Source of the DNA: an uncultured bacterium
GTDB lineage: Bacteria; Hydrogenedentota; Hydrogenedentia; Hydrogenedentales; JAEUWI01
Direction: 5' to 3'
Length of the DNA stretch: 30,032 nt
Assembly: GCA_963977445.1 (NCBI GenBank)
Contig: CAXBPH010000061.1
Span: 1 to 30,032 of the forward strand
Notes under the pieces: generated by a model
The model's input: only the letters and a program-made list of their open reading frames with translations
Databases searched by the model: none
Told to the model about the DNA's origin: nothing
Position numbers and translations under genes: made by a program
In this document: positions 26,677 through 30,032 of the stretch, one piece after another
Numbering within the stretch: position 1 is the first letter of the stretch
How the letters are laid out: every line of letters starts with the position of its first letter

Positions 26677-28283
26677 TGATTCGGTATGCCCTTGTGGTGT
26701 TGAAGACGGGTGACGTGGTAGAGCGCTATCCCATCACCACCAACGGCCTTTACCTGGGACGCGGTGACGAAAACCATATTGCCCTCCACTCAAAACAGGT
26801 CTCCCGACAACACGCCCGATTCTGGATGGAAGGAGACACCATCTGGGCGGAAGATCTGGGCTCCCGGAATGGTATCGAAATTAACGACCAGCGGGTCGAC
26901 AAGGCACAGCTGGCCCAGGGGGACCGGATCGTTATCGGGGGGCACCAGATACATGTTGAGCCCCTGTCCAGCTCGCAAATCAGCCGTTCCGTCATCAGTA
27001 GTGACCAGGCCGCCGCATTGGAAGATTCCATTGTCGGTAATCCCAGCGACAGCCGCTTGTTGGTGCTCTATAAGGCGGCCCAGCTCCTCGGTGAGCTCTT
27101 CGATCTGGATGAGCTCCTTGAAAAGATACTGAAACTTATTTTTGATGCCCTTCCCGTGGAGCGGGGCTTTGTTCTTACCGTGTCCGACGAAGATAGCCGC
27201 CCCGAAATACGTGCGGCCCGGTCCCGAAACGATTCCGATCAGGGGCCACCCCTCAGTCAGACCCTGATTCGACATGTATTTGATCATGGGGAAGCTATTC
27301 TCACCATTGACGCCCAGGCCGACAGCCGTTTTGGTCAGACCGAGAGCATCATGAACCACGACATACGGGCGGCCATGTGTGCGCCTCTCAACGGACGCAC
27401 CAGTGTGGTGGGGGTGCTCTATGTGGATGTGGGCGACAGTTCCCTGCCCCTGGCCGATGCCGATCTCGAGCTCCTGACCGCCATCGCCCGCGTCGTCGGT
27501 GTTGCGGTGGAGAATGCACGGCTCTACCGCGAAAATATGGAGAAGGAACGTCTCGCCGCGATTGGCATGGCCACGGCCGGGCTGGGACACTGCGTGAAGA
27601 ATATCCTCACGGGCATTCGGGGTGGGGCCCACTTCGTGAACCAGGCCATCGAAAAGGAAGATGTAAAATTCCTCAATCGGGGTTGGCCCATCCTGAGTCG
27701 CGCTATTGAGCGCATCGACATGCTCGTGCTCAACATGCTCGAGTTCTCCACCAGTCGCGCGCCCCAACGGACCGATACCGACATCAACGCCATTCTCCGC
27801 GATGTTCTAGCCCTCTTTGAAGAGCGGGCGAAGAAGTGGAAGGTAACCGTCCATCTCGAGCCCGACCCCGTCGGAATGGCCCATGTCGACAGTCAGGCTA
27901 TCTATCGGGTGATCATGAACCTGGTCGTAAATGCTGTGGAGGCCTGCGAGCAAAACAGCGGATCTATTGTTGTGTCCTCCATCTGTGATGACGAGGGATG
28001 TACCATTCGTATTCGAGACACGGGCATTGGCATTCCCGAGGAAATTTTGCCCAAGCTATCTCAGGTTTTCGTCAGCAGCAAGGGGAGTTCAGGCACGGGA
28101 CTGGGCATGGCCTGTAGTTACAAGATAGTTCGCGAGCACGGGGGGGATATCCTCGTGAAGAGTCAGGTGGGCGTGGGCACGACCGTCACCGTCTACATCC
28201 CGAAATCGGCCGAGGTCGGTGCGCGGGTGAGCCAGACCCTGTTGCAGCGTAAGAGCGCGGCAGATTTAGAAGGAAATCGGTAG
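26676..28283 (+). CDS. Cytoplasmic sensor histidine kinase, FHA-GAF-HisKA-HATPase_c
   Basis: FHA: LGRG, VSRQHA, DLGSRNG. GAF: MCAPL, VGVLYVD, DLELL, AVENARLY. H-box: AGLGHCVKNIL. ATPase: NLVVNA, DTGIGI, GTGLG, GVGTT. No TM segment. Confidence 0.92.
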   Translation: MIRYALVVLKTGDVVERYPITTNGLYLGRGDENHIALHSKQVSRQHARFWMEGDTIWAEDLGSRNGIEINDQRVDKAQLAQGDRIVIGGHQIHVEPLSSSQISRSVISSDQAAALEDSIVGNPSDSRLLVLYKAAQLLGELFDLDELLEKILKLIFDALPVERGFVLTVSDEDSRPEIRAARSRNDSDQGPPLSQTLIRHVFDHGEAILTIDAQADSRFGQTESIMNHDIRAAMCAPLNGRTSVVGVLYVDVGDSSLPLADADLELLTAIARVVGVAVENARLYRENMEKERLAAIGMATAGLGHCVKNILTGIRGGAHFVNQAIEKEDVKFLNRGWPILSRAIERIDMLVLNMLEFSTSRAPQRTDTDINAILRDVLALFEERAKKWKVTVHLEPDPVGMAHVDSQAIYRVIMNLVVNAVEACEQNSGSIVVSSICDDEGCTIRIRDTGIGIPEEILPKLSQVFVSSKGSSGTGLGMACSYKIVREHGGDILVKSQVGVGTTVTVYIPKSAEVGARVSQTLLQRKSAADLEGNR

Positions 28284-28287
28284 TTTT

Positions 28288-29325
28288 ATGCAGCGTACAC
28301 GTCGTTTCAACCTGATGTTTATGTGCCTTTTTGTGCTCGCCTTTTTGGTGAGCGATAGCGGTCCCAGTTGGGCCCAAAACGGGAAAGATACCCCCATCGT
28401 GCCGACGCCAGATTCTCATACCGCGACCCTCTCCGAACCTATGGCCGTTCGCGACCGTCCTCTCGAATTGTCGGGCTGTGCGGTGGTAGATGGTGGCCTG
28501 CTCATGGTGGAAGATGAACTGGTCGGCAGCGTGCTGCTCGTCGAGGATAGCACCGCCACACCCCTCGTGGTCTCAACGGTTAAGCTCGAGAGGAAAAAGA
28601 AGGACCGCAAGCCCTTCGCGGCAGCCGACAAACTCTTTCCCTTGCAAGACTTTGAAGATATCGCGTCGGACCGGGACGAATTGGTCTTTCTCGTGGGCTC
28701 CCACCAAGGCAAAAATGGAGAGCGACGCCCCGATCGGGAATTCCTCCTGCAGGCGACTTGGGACAAAAAAGGAAAAGAGCTCAAAGTCCGTGGGGAGAAT
28801 TACCACGTCCTGGACCAGATTGCCCAAAGCCTGGACACCCTCAAGGCACCTGTTGGTCTGTCAAAAGAATCGGTAGTCGACACCCTGAACATCGAGGGCC
28901 TGGCCTACCACGACTCGCAACTCTATATCGGCCTCCGGGGCCCCAAAACACCCGAAGGCCACGCCATACTCTTCACCGTAGACCCATCGGAAGCCTTCGG
29001 GGGGAGCGGCAAGCCCAACTGGACGCCCCAGCGCCTCGACCTCCAGGGTGCGGGTATCCGGGGCATGGATTGGGACCCCAAACGCAACGTGCTGCTCATA
29101 CTTTCCGGTCCGGGACACGACAGCCATGGGGTGCCCTTCACCCTGTGGCAATGCAATCCCGACGGTACGGGCCTGACGCCCATAGTGGAGTTTCCACCCG
29201 CTATTGCGAAAAAGCTACCCGAGGGCATTTGCCGGCTGCCCGAAGACGGGGGCGGCGACCTCCTCGTCGTGTTGGATGGCGAAGGCGGCGGCCATGGTGC
29301 GGAAGTGGTGCATATTGATTGGTAG
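28288..29325 (+). CDS. Secreted DUF3616-like / beta-propeller protein
   Basis: Signal peptide; ELSG, DFEDIA, VGSH, LNIEGLA...LYIGLRGP, GIRGM, LILSGP, PEGI. Confidence 0.7.
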   Translation: MQRTRRFNLMFMCLFVLAFLVSDSGPSWAQNGKDTPIVPTPDSHTATLSEPMAVRDRPLELSGCAVVDGGLLMVEDELVGSVLLVEDSTATPLVVSTVKLERKKKDRKPFAAADKLFPLQDFEDIASDRDELVFLVGSHQGKNGERRPDREFLLQATWDKKGKELKVRGENYHVLDQIAQSLDTLKAPVGLSKESVVDTLNIEGLAYHDSQLYIGLRGPKTPEGHAILFTVDPSEAFGGSGKPNWTPQRLDLQGAGIRGMDWDPKRNVLLILSGPGHDSHGVPFTLWQCNPDGTGLTPIVEFPPAIAKKLPEGICRLPEDGGGDLLVVLDGEGGGHGAEVVHIDW

Positions 29326-29420
29326 GGCAATGGGAAGACCGTAGATAAGCGAAGGTAGACCTCGTGAATTCATCAGGAAGGAAAGCGGCGTTACTACGGT
29401 CCACCAAAAAAGCTTCCAAC

Positions 29421-29455
29421 GGGTGCCACGGACAAGCGCTCAAGCTTGCCCGTGC
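29421..29455. repeat. REP-like intergenic hairpin
   Basis: GGGTGC-CACGGACAAGC-gctcaa-GCTTGCCCGTG-C: an 11-bp stem with one mismatch. Only one copy occurs in this window. Confidence 0.4.
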
Positions 29456-29646
29456 GAGCCAAAGCCGTTGACCCACAATTTCCCCCGGTCGCCCACCTCG
29501 TACTGTCATAAAATTTCTGCCCGCCTTCGCGCGGATGACGGCCTACGTATTTTTTGGCGTCTCGTGTTACCCTTGAAGTAATCCAACAATCCCGAACTCG
29601 GGGAGTTCAAAAACGGCAGACAATAATATTGAGGGAGAAGAGTTTC

Positions 29647-30032
29647 ATGAGTGAAGAAATAGAAGCGGAGACCCCAGCGATTCGGGTGAATCGTTCCAAA
29701 TGGCTGGTTGCATTCGGCGTGCTTCAATTGTGCATGGGCGGGTTGGCGGGGCTGGTATTTGTCTTCCTACTGTATATGGTTACGGCTAGTAGCCCCCTGG
29801 GCGGGCAATCGGGTATGGACGCGAAGTCATTGTATCCAGCCCTGGTTATGTATAGCCTGGGTACCCTATGGTTTATAACCATGGGAATAGGTTCCATACA
29901 AGCACGTCGTTGGGCGCGGGTCTTAATTTTGATTACTTCCTGGTTTTGGCTCGTTGGTGGAATCATGGGGGTGGCCAATATGGCGTTGATGATGGGGAGC
30001 ATAGGAAGCATGGTCGGTCAGCAGGAAGATAT
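29647..30032 (+). CDS. Hypothetical integral membrane protein, 3'-truncated by the window edge (absent from the ORF track)
   Basis: ATG 29647 after GAGGGAG, stop-free to the end: MSEEIEAETPAIRVNRSKWLVAFGVLQLCMGGLAGLVFVFLLYMV...LWFITMGIGSIQARRWARVLILITSWFWLVGGIMG...; three TM helices. Confidence 0.85.
   Translation, partial: MSEEIEAETPAIRVNRSKWLVAFGVLQLCMGGLAGLVFVFLLYMVTASSPLGGQSGMDAKSLYPALVMYSLGTLWFITMGIGSIQARRWARVLILITSWFWLVGGIMGVANMALMMGSIGSMVGQQED

Noticed and set aside
29360..29392. SRP RNA (plus strand) or hammerhead ribozyme (CTGATGA on the minus strand)
   Set aside because: The SRP helix-8 stem and tetraloop cannot form, with only AAGGAA between CAGG and AGCGG. The hammerhead lacks a downstream GAAA and stem II.
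29506..30011. Minus-strand ORFs 29506-29727 and 29724-30011
   Set aside because: They overlap the better-supported plus-strand membrane protein CDS starting at 29647.

Overview
A GC-rich bacterial chromosomal window of about 21 protein-coding genes. I found no rRNA, tRNA, CRISPR array or mobile element. The content includes a DUF1549/DUF1553 + DUF1501 pair, a PVC-type CxxCH dehydrogenase, a short type IV pilin and a secreted protein with an (EG)n linker, suggesting a host such as Candidatus Hydrogenedentota (inference only). The most striking feature is missing from the ORF track because it runs off the left edge. It is a minus-strand CDS (1125 to <1) encoding signal peptide + lysyl-oxidase (LOX)-like domain + DM13 domain + (EG)n linker. 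The LOX domain keeps the LTQ-position Lys and Tyr and the Ca-site motifs but has lost all three copper-binding histidines. Other points of interest: a stand-alone pilin with a consensus sigma-54 promoter, upstream palindrome and terminator; a 17/20-identical promoter element shared by two genes 13 kb apart; an 11-bp-period direct repeat before an organophosphate-type MFS transporter; a thioredoxin-like/double-YHS fusion; an FHA-GAF histidine kinase; a TPR-TM-LRR protein; and a structured intergenic region near 29.3-29.45 kb. A second CDS missing from the track (membrane protein, 29647 to >30032) runs off the right edge. All family calls come from motif recognition by eye, not database searches.
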